From Desulfomonilia bacterium (GTDB lineage Bacteria; Desulfobacterota; Desulfomonilia; UBA1062), in the NCBI GenBank assembly GCA_050014195.1, contig JBEKDT010000007.1:150793-214792 (forward strand): a DNA stretch of 64,000 nucleotides. Direction: 5' to 3'. Both the position numbers and the translations under genes were made by a program. Below, one piece after another: positions 39,581-49,587 of this stretch. Each line of letters begins with the position of its first letter. Within the stretch, counting starts at the first letter, position 1. The notes under the pieces were generated by a model that saw only the letters and a program-made list of their open reading frames with translations, was not told where the DNA came from and made no database searches.

Positions 39581-40363
39581 ATGAACAATAACCATATGCG
39601 GACAGCAGGCATCGACATAGGGTCCATCACTACCAAGGCTGCTGTCATTGATAATAATTCCATTCTCGGCACCAAGGTGATCTTTACCGGGTACAATGTG
39701 GAAGTGGCTGCAAGAAAGGTATTTGATGAATTACTTGCAGAGCTTTCCATTGAGGCATCCTCCATCAGCCACGTCATCTCCACAGGCTATGGCAGGAACA
39801 GTGTGCCTTTTGCTCAAAAGGCCATGACCGAGATCATTTGTCATGGTGCAGGTGCGCATTTCTTAAATGGCGACATCAGGACCGTCATCGATGTGGGCGG
39901 CCAGGACAGTAAGGCCCTTGTGATAGATGCCTCCGGCATGGTGAAGGATTTTGTGATGAACGACAAGTGTGCAGCCGGTACCGGTCGCTTTCTGGAGGTA
40001 ATGGCAAGGGCATTGGAGGTGAACCTTGACGACTTTGGTGCACTGTCGCTGAAGTCGGCAAATCCATCCAGGATCAGCAGTATATGCACGGTATTTGCCG
40101 AGTCGGAGGTGATCTCGCTCATATCTCGCGGGGAATCCCGGGAGAGCATTATCTCAGGGATCCACGATTCCGTGGCCTCACGCATCTATGCAATGGCCCA
40201 GCGTGTTAAGGCCCAGTCTCCCATAATGATGACAGGTGGTGTGGCCAAGAATATCGGCGTGGTAAAGGCGCTTGAGAAAAAATTCGGATCATTGATAGAG
40301 GTCAACGATCTTGCCCAGGTAAATGGGGCCATCGGGGCAGCGGTGTTGGCTGCCCGGATGTAA
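39581..40363 (+). CDS. Acyl-CoA dehydratase activase (HgdC/BadG-type ASKHA ATPase)
   Basis: GIDIGSITTK, TGYGR, DVGGQD, MNDKCAAGTG, CTVFAESE. Confidence 0.93.
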   Translation: MNNNHMRTAGIDIGSITTKAAVIDNNSILGTKVIFTGYNVEVAARKVFDELLAELSIEASSISHVISTGYGRNSVPFAQKAMTEIICHGAGAHFLNGDIRTVIDVGGQDSKALVIDASGMVKDFVMNDKCAAGTGRFLEVMARALEVNLDDFGALSLKSANPSRISSICTVFAESEVISLISRGESRESIISGIHDSVASRIYAMAQRVKAQSPIMMTGGVAKNIGVVKALEKKFGSLIEVNDLAQVNGAIGAAVLAARM

Positions 40364-40489
40364 TGTCTTTTTAAGGAGCAACTTCTACTGCAAGATTTCC
40401 AGTCACACCGGGAGAAACCTGCATAACCCTCATATGCTCTCAAGCATCCCCTTTGATATTTCACGTTTGAAGGTGCTCAGACAATCAAG

Positions 40490-40525
40490 AAAAAAGGCGG
40501 TGAGAGTATTTCTCACCGCCTTTTT
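40490..40525. terminator. Bidirectional rho-independent terminator
   Basis: AAAAAAGGCGGTGAGA-GTATT-TCTCACCGCCTTTTT between convergent genes. Confidence 0.85.
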
Positions 40526-40542
40526 ACAAAAGATTGATCGCA

Positions 40543-42354
40543 TTATTCAGGAGGATACATGGCTTCGATTTGAGATCCGTATTTCTGGTTGATCACCTTT
40601 CTCTTGACCTTCATGGTGGGGGTCAACTCTCCGGTGTCCTGGGACCATTCGGACTCGAGCAGGGTAAATTTCCTGATCTGCTCCACCCGGGCATAGTCCT
40701 TCATATACTCAGCGAGTTCATTCTCATAGAGCTTGAGGATCTCCGGCTTGGAGACCAGGTCTTTTTTGCTTGTGAAAGTGATGTTATTGTCCTTTGACCA
40801 GGATTCCAGTGAAGCGTACGAGGGTACGATCAATGCCGAGAGGTATTTCCTGTTGTCACCGATGACCGCCACCTGCTCGACATAGCGCGAGGTCATGAGG
40901 GCATTCTCGATATTCTGAGGGGAAATGTTCTTGCCGCCCGAGGTGACAATGAGGTCCTTGATGCGTCCCGTGATCTTGAGGTAGCCGTCTTTGTCGATCT
41001 CTCCAATGTCACCGGTACGGAAAAATCCGTCCGAGGTAAAGGCCTCTTTGGTGGCTGCCTCGTTCTTATAGTATCCTTTCATGACCTGAGGGCCCTTGAT
41101 GAGGACCTCTCCGTCTTCACTGATCTTAACAATGGTATCCTTGACTGCCTGGCCGACGGTTCCGGGCTTGATAAGTTTTGGCTTATTTGCATTGGTTATT
41201 GGTGTTGTCTCGGTAAGGCCGAAGCCCTCGAGGACCTTTATGCCCATGCCGAGGAAGAACTGGGCATCGGATACCGACAAAGGCCCGCCGCCGGATATGG
41301 CCCCCTGGAGCCTGTCCATGCCAAGGGCGACCTTGAGCTTGGAGAAGATGATCTTGTTGGCCAGATTGTACTTGAATGCAAACCAGCCGGTCCTGGGTTT
41401 GTCATTACATATGTAGGGCAGGTTATCCTTTGCTATCCCCATAGCCCATCCGAAAAGGGCCTTTTTAATCGGAGGCGCTGTGGCAACTTTTGCAGTGATG
41501 CCGGAATGTATCTTCTCATAGATTCGCGGTACACTCACCAGGAAGGTAGGACGGATCTCATTGAAGTTTTCCAGCAGCTTTTCCGTGCTCTCGGCAAATG
41601 CCACCTTGTGGCCCAGGAATATAGGTCCATAGTATCCGACGGTCCTTTCCAAAGAATGGGCCAATGGCAAGAAGGAGAGGAAGGTGTGGTCGCCTGCGAG
41701 AAAGTCAGGATCAACTGCCTGTGCCTGGTTTACGTTGGAGACAAAATTCTTATGGGTGAGCATTACTCCCTTGGGGCTTCCCGTGGTCCCCGAGGTATAA
41801 ATGATGGTAGCTACGTCCTCGATGTTGATGGGTTTGAGCCTCTTGTCAAAATCGTCCCTATTTTTGGCGGTCTTGCCCTCATTGAGTGCATCTTTCAGCG
41901 CAATCACACCCGTTACGGGCTTATCGAGTTCATCGAAGATGATGACATCACCCAGGTTCGGGAGCTTTCCTTTTACCTGGAGGATCTTGTCCATGTGCTC
42001 TTTTGTGCCTACAAAGCACATCTTGGCATCTGAATTATCAATAATATATCTGCACTCTTCCGGCGAGTTGGTGGAATAGATTGGTACGTTTACCGCGCCA
42101 ATGGAAATGATGGCAAGGTCCGCCACCCACCACTCGTACCGGTTCGGTGAGAAGAGTGCGACCTTGTCACCGGGCTGGACCCCTTTGTTTATGAGGAATA
42201 GACCGAGATCACGCACCAGCTCGTTAATCTTGTTCCAGGAGATCTCCTCCCAGGCACCCTGTTTGTTTTTGAAGATAACCAGGGTCTTGTCGCCGTATTT
42301 CTGGACCCGGTTCTGGAAAATTGCGCCCATGGATGTTTCTTTTAATTCAGCCAT
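40543..42354 (-). CDS. Long-chain fatty acid--CoA ligase
   Basis: YTSGTTGSPKG, GFGLTE, TGDIG, GKNISP. Confidence 0.95.
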   Translation of the reverse strand: MAELKETSMGAIFQNRVQKYGDKTLVIFKNKQGAWEEISWNKINELVRDLGLFLINKGVQPGDKVALFSPNRYEWWVADLAIISIGAVNVPIYSTNSPEECRYIIDNSDAKMCFVGTKEHMDKILQVKGKLPNLGDVIIFDELDKPVTGVIALKDALNEGKTAKNRDDFDKRLKPINIEDVATIIYTSGTTGSPKGVMLTHKNFVSNVNQAQAVDPDFLAGDHTFLSFLPLAHSLERTVGYYGPIFLGHKVAFAESTEKLLENFNEIRPTFLVSVPRIYEKIHSGITAKVATAPPIKKALFGWAMGIAKDNLPYICNDKPRTGWFAFKYNLANKIIFSKLKVALGMDRLQGAISGGGPLSVSDAQFFLGMGIKVLEGFGLTETTPITNANKPKLIKPGTVGQAVKDTIVKISEDGEVLIKGPQVMKGYYKNEAATKEAFTSDGFFRTGDIGEIDKDGYLKITGRIKDLIVTSGGKNISPQNIENALMTSRYVEQVAVIGDNRKYLSALIVPSYASLESWSKDNNITFTSKKDLVSKPEILKLYENELAEYMKDYARVEQIRKFTLLESEWSQDTGELTPTMKVKRKVINQKYGSQIEAMYPPE

Positions 42355-42510
42355 TGATAACCCTCCTCAAAAAATTATTGATTCAAGCACGATTCCGATA
42401 TTTATTTAATATAATAGATGTAATAATTTTTTTCAATGGGAAAGAAGGTTATGAAAAAGGGTATGCAGGGGGAGATGGGTCATTTCTCCGTCACCCCCTG
42501 CATTGCCATG

Positions 42511-44331
42511 CTAGTCTTCAGGAGGATACAGGCTCTCGATGATGCTGTTATATTTCTGGTTTATGACCCTGCGTTTGAGCTTGAGCGTCGGAGTCAGTTC
42601 GTCGGTCTCCTGTGACCACTCCTTTTCGAGCAGGGCAAACTTGCGGATCTGTTCCACCCGGGCGTAGTCCTTCATGCTCTCTTCGATCTCCCTGGCATAA
42701 AGGTCTTTCACCTTGGCGTTTTCCAGGAGTTCTTTCCGCGAGGTGAACTCCAAACCGGTTGCCTTTGCCCATCCCTCAAGGTCGGTAAATGCCGGCACCA
42801 CAAGGGCTGAAAGATATTTCCGGTTATCGCCGAGCACCGCGATCTGCTCGATATATCGTGAAGCCTTCAGGCTGTTCTCAATGTTCTGCGGGGAGATGTT
42901 CTTGCCGCCAGAGGTGACGATGATGTCTTTGATGCGGCCCGTAATCTTTACATAACCGTCGGAATCTATTTCTGCAATATCACCCGTTTTGAAAAAACCG
43001 TCTGCAGTGAAGGCCTCTTTTGTGGCGGCCTCGTTCTTGTAGTAGCCCATCATGACCTGCGGGCCCTTTATGAGCAGCTCTCCGCCCTCTCCAAGCTTGA
43101 CAACGGTGTCTTTCACGGCTGGCCCCACCGTGCCGGGCTTGATCTTGTGGCGATTATTCGCATTGGTCACCGGTGTGGTCTCGGTGAGGCCGAAGCCCTC
43201 AATCACCTTGATGTCCATGCCGAGGAAGAACTCCGCATCGGAAACGGACAAGGGCCCGCCGCCGGAGAAGGCAAACTCGAGCCTGTCCATACCGAGCGCG
43301 TTTTTCAGCTTTGAAAAGATTATCTTGTTTGCAAGGTTGTACTTGAACGCATACCAGCCGGTCCTCGGCTTTTCATTGCAAATATACGGAAGGTTCTGCG
43401 CCGCGATACCCATTGCCCAGTTGAAAAGGGCCTTTTTCACAGGCGGGGCGGTGGCGACCTTTGCTACAATGCCCGAATGGATCTTCTCATAGAGTCTTGG
43501 AACGCTCACGATACATACCGGCCTCACCTCCTGGAAGTTTTCCAGGATTTTGGCAAAGTCCTCGGCAAAGTATACCTTCATGCCGAAGGACATCGGCGTG
43601 TAGTACCCGCAGGTGCGTTCGAAGGAATGGGCAAGCGGCAGAAAAGAGAGGAAGGTGAGCTCATCAGCCCGCTTGAAAAGTTCCGGATCGACATTGAAGA
43701 TCTGATTTACGTTGGCGAAGAAGTTGTCGTGCGAAAGCATGACACCCTTTGGCGGACCGGTTGTGCCTGATGTGTAGATTATTGTGGCGAGATCCCGTGC
43801 CTTGATGGAATGAATCCTGTCATCGAAATCCTTTACCTTGGGGTTCTTCGCACCCTCCTCGAGGGCTGCCTTCAGTTCGATAACCCCTTCGACAGGCTTT
43901 TCCAGCGTATCGAAAATGATCACCTCTTTGAGGTTCGGAAGCTTGGGTTTGACTTCGAGGATCTTTTCCATATGCCCCTTGGTGGCAACAAAGCACATCT
44001 TCGCGTCTGAGTTCTCGATGATATACCGCGACTCCTCTGCGGAGTTCGTGGCGTAAATCGGAACATTCACCGCCCCCACAGACAGGATAGCCAGGTCAGT
44101 CACCCACCACTCATAACGGTTCGGGGAGAACAGGGCGACTTTATCGCCGGGTTGAACTCCTCTCCCGATAAGAAAGTATCCGAGGTTGCATACCATCTCG
44201 TTCATCTTGTTCCACGAGACGTCTTCATACACGCCATGGATGTTTTTATAGGCGACGATAGCCCTTTGCCCATATTGCTGCGAACGATTATGGAAGACGG
44301 CCGGGATGGATTTTTCCTCAAACTTCGCCAT
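42511..44331 (-). CDS. Long-chain fatty acid--CoA ligase (tandem paralog)
   Basis: YTSGTTGPPKG, GFGLTE, TGDIA; very similar to its neighbour. Confidence 0.95.
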   Translation of the reverse strand: MAKFEEKSIPAVFHNRSQQYGQRAIVAYKNIHGVYEDVSWNKMNEMVCNLGYFLIGRGVQPGDKVALFSPNRYEWWVTDLAILSVGAVNVPIYATNSAEESRYIIENSDAKMCFVATKGHMEKILEVKPKLPNLKEVIIFDTLEKPVEGVIELKAALEEGAKNPKVKDFDDRIHSIKARDLATIIYTSGTTGPPKGVMLSHDNFFANVNQIFNVDPELFKRADELTFLSFLPLAHSFERTCGYYTPMSFGMKVYFAEDFAKILENFQEVRPVCIVSVPRLYEKIHSGIVAKVATAPPVKKALFNWAMGIAAQNLPYICNEKPRTGWYAFKYNLANKIIFSKLKNALGMDRLEFAFSGGGPLSVSDAEFFLGMDIKVIEGFGLTETTPVTNANNRHKIKPGTVGPAVKDTVVKLGEGGELLIKGPQVMMGYYKNEAATKEAFTADGFFKTGDIAEIDSDGYVKITGRIKDIIVTSGGKNISPQNIENSLKASRYIEQIAVLGDNRKYLSALVVPAFTDLEGWAKATGLEFTSRKELLENAKVKDLYAREIEESMKDYARVEQIRKFALLEKEWSQETDELTPTLKLKRRVINQKYNSIIESLYPPED

Positions 44332-44513
44332 GGGGTTCCTCCTTGCAATAGAAGATTTAAAAGTGCCCTTAAACCATAACTATAATAGTATAAAAGACAT
44401 ATAGAAATTTATCAATCGCTTTTTAGAGAAATTTCAATGATAACCCTATCCTTGAGAATATTACTTCTCTATTATATGCTTATTGTCAACAAACCGGATC
44501 AAGGGGAGTCCAG

Positions 44514-44801
44514 GTGAAGATTACAGAATCGGAAGTCTTGCATGTGGCCCGTCTCGCACGGCTCAAGCTGGAGCCGGAATTACTCTTAAGGTTTCAAAGA
44601 GAGTTGAGTTCCATCCTTGATTATATGGACTTGCTCAAGGAAGTCGACACCACGGGAGTAGAACCTACATTCCATGCACATGCCCTGACAAATGCCCTCA
44701 GGGAGGACTCTGTATTACCGTCTCAGTCCAGGCATGATGCACTGAGTAATGCACCCCGGTTACATGATGACACCTTTGTGGTCCCCAAGGTGATAGAATA
44801 G
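44514..44801 (+). CDS. gatC: Asp/Glu-tRNA amidotransferase subunit C
   Basis: VARLARL...LREDSV...FVVPKVIE; first gene of gatCAB. Confidence 0.93.
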   Translation: MKITESEVLHVARLARLKLEPELLLRFQRELSSILDYMDLLKEVDTTGVEPTFHAHALTNALREDSVLPSQSRHDALSNAPRLHDDTFVVPKVIE

Positions 44802-44810
44802 GGAGCGCCC

Positions 44811-46232
44811 ATGCTGGATACGGCCCGAATCTACCGGAAAAATGACATGTCGCCGGAAAGGCATGTAGAGAAACTCTTGAGTCGGATCAGGCAAGATCCT
44901 CTGAATTCCTTTGTCACCGTGGACGAAGATGGTGCGCTCAGGCAGGCCGTGTTCTCGGGTAAGGCTATTGAGTGGGGGGATGAGGATTTGATGCAGGGCA
45001 TACCCGTTGCGGTCAAAGACAATATATGCACGAAAGGGATACGCACGACCTGCTCATCTGATATTCTGAAAGGTTTTGTACCCACCTATGACGCCCATGT
45101 GATCGAACGGCTTAAGGCCCGTGGTGCGGTCATCCTGGGCAAGACCAACATGGATGAGTTCGCCATGGGCTCCACCACGAACACCAGCAACATCGGCCCC
45201 ACCAGAAATCCATGGGATAAAACAAAGACCCCCGGAGGCTCCAGCGGGGGCTCGGCCGCCGCCGTGGCCGCCGGTTTGTGCGAGGTCGCGCTCGGCTCCG
45301 ACACAGGCGGGTCGGTCCGCCAGCCGGCAAGCTTCTGCGGTATTACCGGCTTGAAGCCCACATACGGGACGGTCTCCCGCTACGGCCTGGTGGCATTTGC
45401 CTCATCCCTTGACCAGATCGGACCGATGGGCCGCAACGCCCGTGATGTGGCGATCTTGTATGATGCCATCAAGGGATATGACAAACGGGACTCCACCTGT
45501 GTACCAAAGAAATATGCTGCAACATCGCTCGACGGGATTGATATGAAAGGGCTTAGGATCGGATTGCCGGATATCTTTTTCTCCGAAGGTCTTGCGCGCG
45601 ATGTGGAACGTTCGGTCCGGTTTGCCGTCTCGGTCTTTCGGGAGCTCGGCGCAGTGATCGTCCCCGTCGACCTTCCGCGTATCAGGTATGGGGTCGCAGT
45701 GTATTATATCATCGCCCCTGCAGAGGCGAGTTCCAACCTTGCGCGCTATGATGGGGTGAGGTACGGCACAAGGCACGGCGATGACAAAGATCTCTTCGAG
45801 ATGTACTGTGAGACAAGGGCAAAAGGATTCAACAGCGAGGTCAAGCGCAGGATCATGCTCGGTACCTATGCACTGTCTGCCGGTTATTATGATGCGTACT
45901 ACCGCAAGGCCTCCCAGGTCAGGACCCTTATCGTCGAAGATTTCCGCAAGGCCTTTGAGTCTTGTGACATCATCGCAGGCCCGACCGTTCCGGTGACCGC
46001 ATTCGGTCTTGATGAGATGCTGGATGATCCCCTGAGCATCTATCTCCTCGACATCTACACCATACCGGCCAACCTGACAGGCATCCCTGCCTTGAGCATA
46101 CCCTGCGGGTTCGGTGACAACGGTATGCCCATTGGAATACAGCTCATGGCGCCCGCCTTCATGGACCAGCTCATACTCGGTGCAGGCATCACATTCCAGG
46201 ACCATACAAAATTTCATGAGGTGAAACCGTGA
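44811..46232 (+). CDS. gatA: Asp/Glu-tRNA amidotransferase subunit A
   Basis: Amidase signature [27 protein letters not shown]. Confidence 0.96.
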   Translation: MLDTARIYRKNDMSPERHVEKLLSRIRQDPLNSFVTVDEDGALRQAVFSGKAIEWGDEDLMQGIPVAVKDNICTKGIRTTCSSDILKGFVPTYDAHVIERLKARGAVILGKTNMDEFAMGSTTNTSNIGPTRNPWDKTKTPGGSSGGSAAAVAAGLCEVALGSDTGGSVRQPASFCGITGLKPTYGTVSRYGLVAFASSLDQIGPMGRNARDVAILYDAIKGYDKRDSTCVPKKYAATSLDGIDMKGLRIGLPDIFFSEGLARDVERSVRFAVSVFRELGAVIVPVDLPRIRYGVAVYYIIAPAEASSNLARYDGVRYGTRHGDDKDLFEMYCETRAKGFNSEVKRRIMLGTYALSAGYYDAYYRKASQVRTLIVEDFRKAFESCDIIAGPTVPVTAFGLDEMLDDPLSIYLLDIYTIPANLTGIPALSIPCGFGDNGMPIGIQLMAPAFMDQLILGAGITFQDHTKFHEVKP

Positions 46233-47662
46233 CGGATTATGTGTCGGTCATGGGCCTTGAGGTTCATGCCCAACTCCTGACGAACTCCAAGATCTTCTGC
46301 TCGTGCTCCGCAGCCTCCGGACTCGATGCCAATACGAACACATGCCCGGTCTGCATGGGCATGCCGGGGGTCCTGCCCGTTCTGAACAGGAAGGTCGTGG
46401 ACCTCGGCATCAAGCTTGGACTGGCCCTTAACTGCACCATTGAAAACAGGAATGTGTTCGCCAGGAAGAACTACTTTTATCCCGACCTGCCCAAAGGCTA
46501 CCAGATCACGCAATATGAAAATCCGCTCTGCAGCAACGGCCACCTCGATATCGAGGTGAACGGCTCGAAAAAGAGGATAGGCATAAGGCGCATCCACATG
46601 GAAGAGGATGCAGGAAAAAGCATTCATGACGAGAAAGAGCCGCTGTCATATATCGATTTCAATCGTGCGTGCGTACCTTTGCTGGAAATCGTGACCGAGC
46701 CCGACATATCGACGACACAGGAGGCCGTAGCATATCTGAAAGAGTTGCGTCAGATCCTCATGTACTTAGGGATCTGTGACGGGAGCATGGAAGAGGGATC
46801 TCTGAGGTGTGACGCGAATATCTCGGTCATGAAGAAGGATGCCGGCCTTCTCGGGACACGCACCGAGCTCAAGAACCTCAACTCTTTTAAAAACGTGCAG
46901 AGGGCCCTGGATTATGAGACCGAGCGGCAGATACGTCTCATAGAATCCGGCCGCGAGGTCGAGCAGGAGACTTTACTGTGGAACACTTCTCTGGGGAAGA
47001 CCTTTTCCATGCGATCCAAAGAGGAAAGCCATGACTACCGTTATTTCCCCGAGCCCGACCTCATCCCGGTAATCGTTAATGATGAATGGGTGGGAAGGAT
47101 GAAAGATACCATCCCCGAGTTGCCGGCTGCAAGACGGCAGCGGTTCATGGAGCTCTACGGCCTTCCCGCCTATGACGCGGACCAGCTCACCCAGACTCAG
47201 GCGCTGGCAGATTATTTCGAGCGGTGTGTTGATCTCCTCAATTCACCCAAAGAGATCAGCAACTGGATCATGACCGAGGTCATGCGGGTCCTCAATGAAA
47301 AAGGGATCGACATCAAAGACCTTTTGGTGACGCCGGCCATGCTCACCGGGCTCGTGGACCTCCTGAAAAAGGGCACGGTATCGGGTCTCATGGCGAAGGA
47401 AATTTTCACCAAGATGGCTGATACAGGAAAGAGAGCGCCGGATATCATCAAAGAGCTTGGTCTCGAACAGGTAAGCGATGAGGACGCACTCAAGGGTCTC
47501 ATCAAAGAAATTATTGAGGCCAACCCCAAAGAATCCTCCCAATACCGTGCAGGCAAGACCCAGCTGCTGGGCTTTTTTGTCGGAGAGGTCATGAAGGCAA
47601 GCAAGGGCAAGGCCAACCCCAAGGTTGCAGGAAATATCGTAAAGGAGTTTCTGAAACCGTGA
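46229..47662 (+). CDS. gatB: Asp/Glu-tRNA amidotransferase subunit B
   Basis: [33 protein letters not shown]. Confidence 0.97.
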   Translation: MTDYVSVMGLEVHAQLLTNSKIFCSCSAASGLDANTNTCPVCMGMPGVLPVLNRKVVDLGIKLGLALNCTIENRNVFARKNYFYPDLPKGYQITQYENPLCSNGHLDIEVNGSKKRIGIRRIHMEEDAGKSIHDEKEPLSYIDFNRACVPLLEIVTEPDISTTQEAVAYLKELRQILMYLGICDGSMEEGSLRCDANISVMKKDAGLLGTRTELKNLNSFKNVQRALDYETERQIRLIESGREVEQETLLWNTSLGKTFSMRSKEESHDYRYFPEPDLIPVIVNDEWVGRMKDTIPELPAARRQRFMELYGLPAYDADQLTQTQALADYFERCVDLLNSPKEISNWIMTEVMRVLNEKGIDIKDLLVTPAMLTGLVDLLKKGTVSGLMAKEIFTKMADTGKRAPDIIKELGLEQVSDEDALKGLIKEIIEANPKESSQYRAGKTQLLGFFVGEVMKASKGKANPKVAGNIVKEFLKP

Positions 47663-47871
47663 AGCATCTGCACATAGCCGATACATCCCGGGTAAGGGCG
47701 GTGGATGTCACTGATGTCTATTTCCTGCGCACCGAGAAGGTGCTGCTTGCCAAGGGCGGGTCCAAACACGTGTGCATGGAGATATTCCTGAAATCTTACC
47801 CTGACCGTGCGCTGTATGAAACCGCACAGCTCAGAAAAGATATGCCCGAGCGGGAATTCCTGAATCTATGA
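47659..47871 (+). pseudogene. N-terminal remnant of a nicotinate phosphoribosyltransferase
   Basis: HIAD...TDVYFLRTEKVL resembles the NAPRTase N-terminus; only 70 aa; overlaps gatB and mtnA. Confidence 0.6.
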
Positions 47872-48848
47872 TCAAGCCTTTCTATTTCGAAGACAATACC
47901 TTTTTCATCCTCGATCAGAGACGCCTTCCCATCGAAGAGACATGGGTGGCATGCACATCTCCCGACGATGTGGCCCGGGCCATTAAAACCCTGGCCGTGC
48001 GCGGGGCGCCCGCCATAGGCATAGCCGCTGCGTACGGTCTCGTGCTTGCAGCCGGCAAAGGCAGAGAAGGGGTCGAGCATGCTGCGGAGACCCTCATCAA
48101 TGCCCGGCCCACTGCGGTAAACCTTGCATGGGCGGTAAGACGGTGTCTCGAATCAATGAAGAATGCGGGATCCGGCCGTTTAGCGGAAACGCTCAAGATC
48201 GAGGCCGATGCCATCTGGAAAGAAGAGATTGCAGCCAATGAGTCCATGGCGGCATTGGGTGCAGGCCTGTTCGAACAGGGCAAGGAGTATTCGGTGCTCA
48301 CCCACTGCAATGCCGGGTCCCTGGCTACAGGGGGCATGGGGACTGCCATCGGGGTCATACGGAAGCTTTATGAGCAGAAAAAGCTCAAGATGGTCTACAT
48401 GGATGAGACCAGGCCTCTGCTCCAGGGGGCACGGATCACCGCTTATGAGCTCATGAAGGACGGCATCCCCTGCACGTTGATAACCGACAATGCTGCCGGC
48501 TGGCTCATGAAGCTGGGCAAAGTCGATGCCTTGATCGTTGGTGCGGACAGGATCGCGCGCAATCTGGATGCCGCCAACAAGGTGGGCAGCTATTCATTGG
48601 CGGTTCTTGCACATGCCCATGGCATACCGTTTTATATTGCAGCACCTCAGTCCACCTTCGACCCTGATATGCCGACAGGCAACGGCATCCCCATCGAGGA
48701 GCGCGGCCCGGAAGAAATACGCTCCTTCCAGGGCAGTCGGTCTTCACCTGATGTGAACGTGTTCAACCCTGCCTTTGACGTGGTGCCCCACGAGCTCATT
48801 ACTGCTATTATTACCGAGACAGGGATCGTGCATACAACAAGGGCATAA
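47868..48848 (+). CDS. mtnA: Methylthioribose-1-phosphate isomerase
   Basis: VRGAPAIG, ARPTAVNL, THCNAGSLAT, ETRPLLQGAR, NKVG. Confidence 0.95.
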   Translation: MIKPFYFEDNTFFILDQRRLPIEETWVACTSPDDVARAIKTLAVRGAPAIGIAAAYGLVLAAGKGREGVEHAAETLINARPTAVNLAWAVRRCLESMKNAGSGRLAETLKIEADAIWKEEIAANESMAALGAGLFEQGKEYSVLTHCNAGSLATGGMGTAIGVIRKLYEQKKLKMVYMDETRPLLQGARITAYELMKDGIPCTLITDNAAGWLMKLGKVDALIVGADRIARNLDAANKVGSYSLAVLAHAHGIPFYIAAPQSTFDPDMPTGNGIPIEERGPEEIRSFQGSRSSPDVNVFNPAFDVVPHELITAIITETGIVHTTRA

Positions 48849-48869
48849 CACACTATTATATCAAATTAT

Positions 48870-49439
48870 TTACATGGCTTTCGCGTGAATAGTTGGAGCG
48901 GCTTCGACTGCGTCTCCCTGATTGATCCGAACAAACCCCAGGTAATAAATGACCGGTGCAATTACCCAGATCAATTGTGGCACCATGGTATAATCCTGCC
49001 CCCTGATTGATATCCATACCGGATTCCAGCTTTGCACCTTATACTCCCAGATCACACCATTACCCATCAGCTCGACGATAAACTCCTGCCCGATGCCCCA
49101 AAACCACATGATCGCGAGCTCCGCCCAACGAAACTTTGTGCAGCAATGAGGTGTTTTCAGGATGAGAAGGCAGAGCCAATAACCGATAATAAACAAGCCG
49201 GCATCCCAGAAGGTGTGCAAGATGTGCAGGGTGATGATCGGCATCGGCCACTCCACTTTCATTGCGTGATACGTATTACCAAGGAAGTAATTGGTGAACT
49301 CCCACGTTGAACCGACAGCAAAACCCCACACCATCATCATGAGATGTCTGCGTTGGATATGTCCACTGAAATAGAGTAATGCCGTTGCCAGCGGAACCGC
49401 CAAGCCGATGGCGATATCAGCCCACACTTGCCGGATCAT
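48870..49439 (-). CDS. Hypothetical multi-pass membrane protein
   Basis: Several TM segments, Trp-rich; GAGG RBS. Confidence 0.7.
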   Translation of the reverse strand: MIRQVWADIAIGLAVPLATALLYFSGHIQRRHLMMMVWGFAVGSTWEFTNYFLGNTYHAMKVEWPMPIITLHILHTFWDAGLFIIGYWLCLLILKTPHCCTKFRWAELAIMWFWGIGQEFIVELMGNGVIWEYKVQSWNPVWISIRGQDYTMVPQLIWVIAPVIYYLGFVRINQGDAVEAAPTIHAKAM

Positions 49440-49587
49440 GTATCCACCTCTTTAGTATATGGGAACGATGAACCACATAATATCACGGATCATCGGCAGA
49501 GGCGAAGCACCGGTCCCATGCAACCGTTTGTCGGCTGTCCCCTGTTTTGGTCCCCGATTGAAAAAATAAATATGTCCCATCATCGAT

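Noticed and set aside
36358-40363. Firm benzoyl-CoA reductase call
   Set aside because: Only one activase subunit and no dienoyl-CoA pathway genes; the family cannot be resolved by eye.
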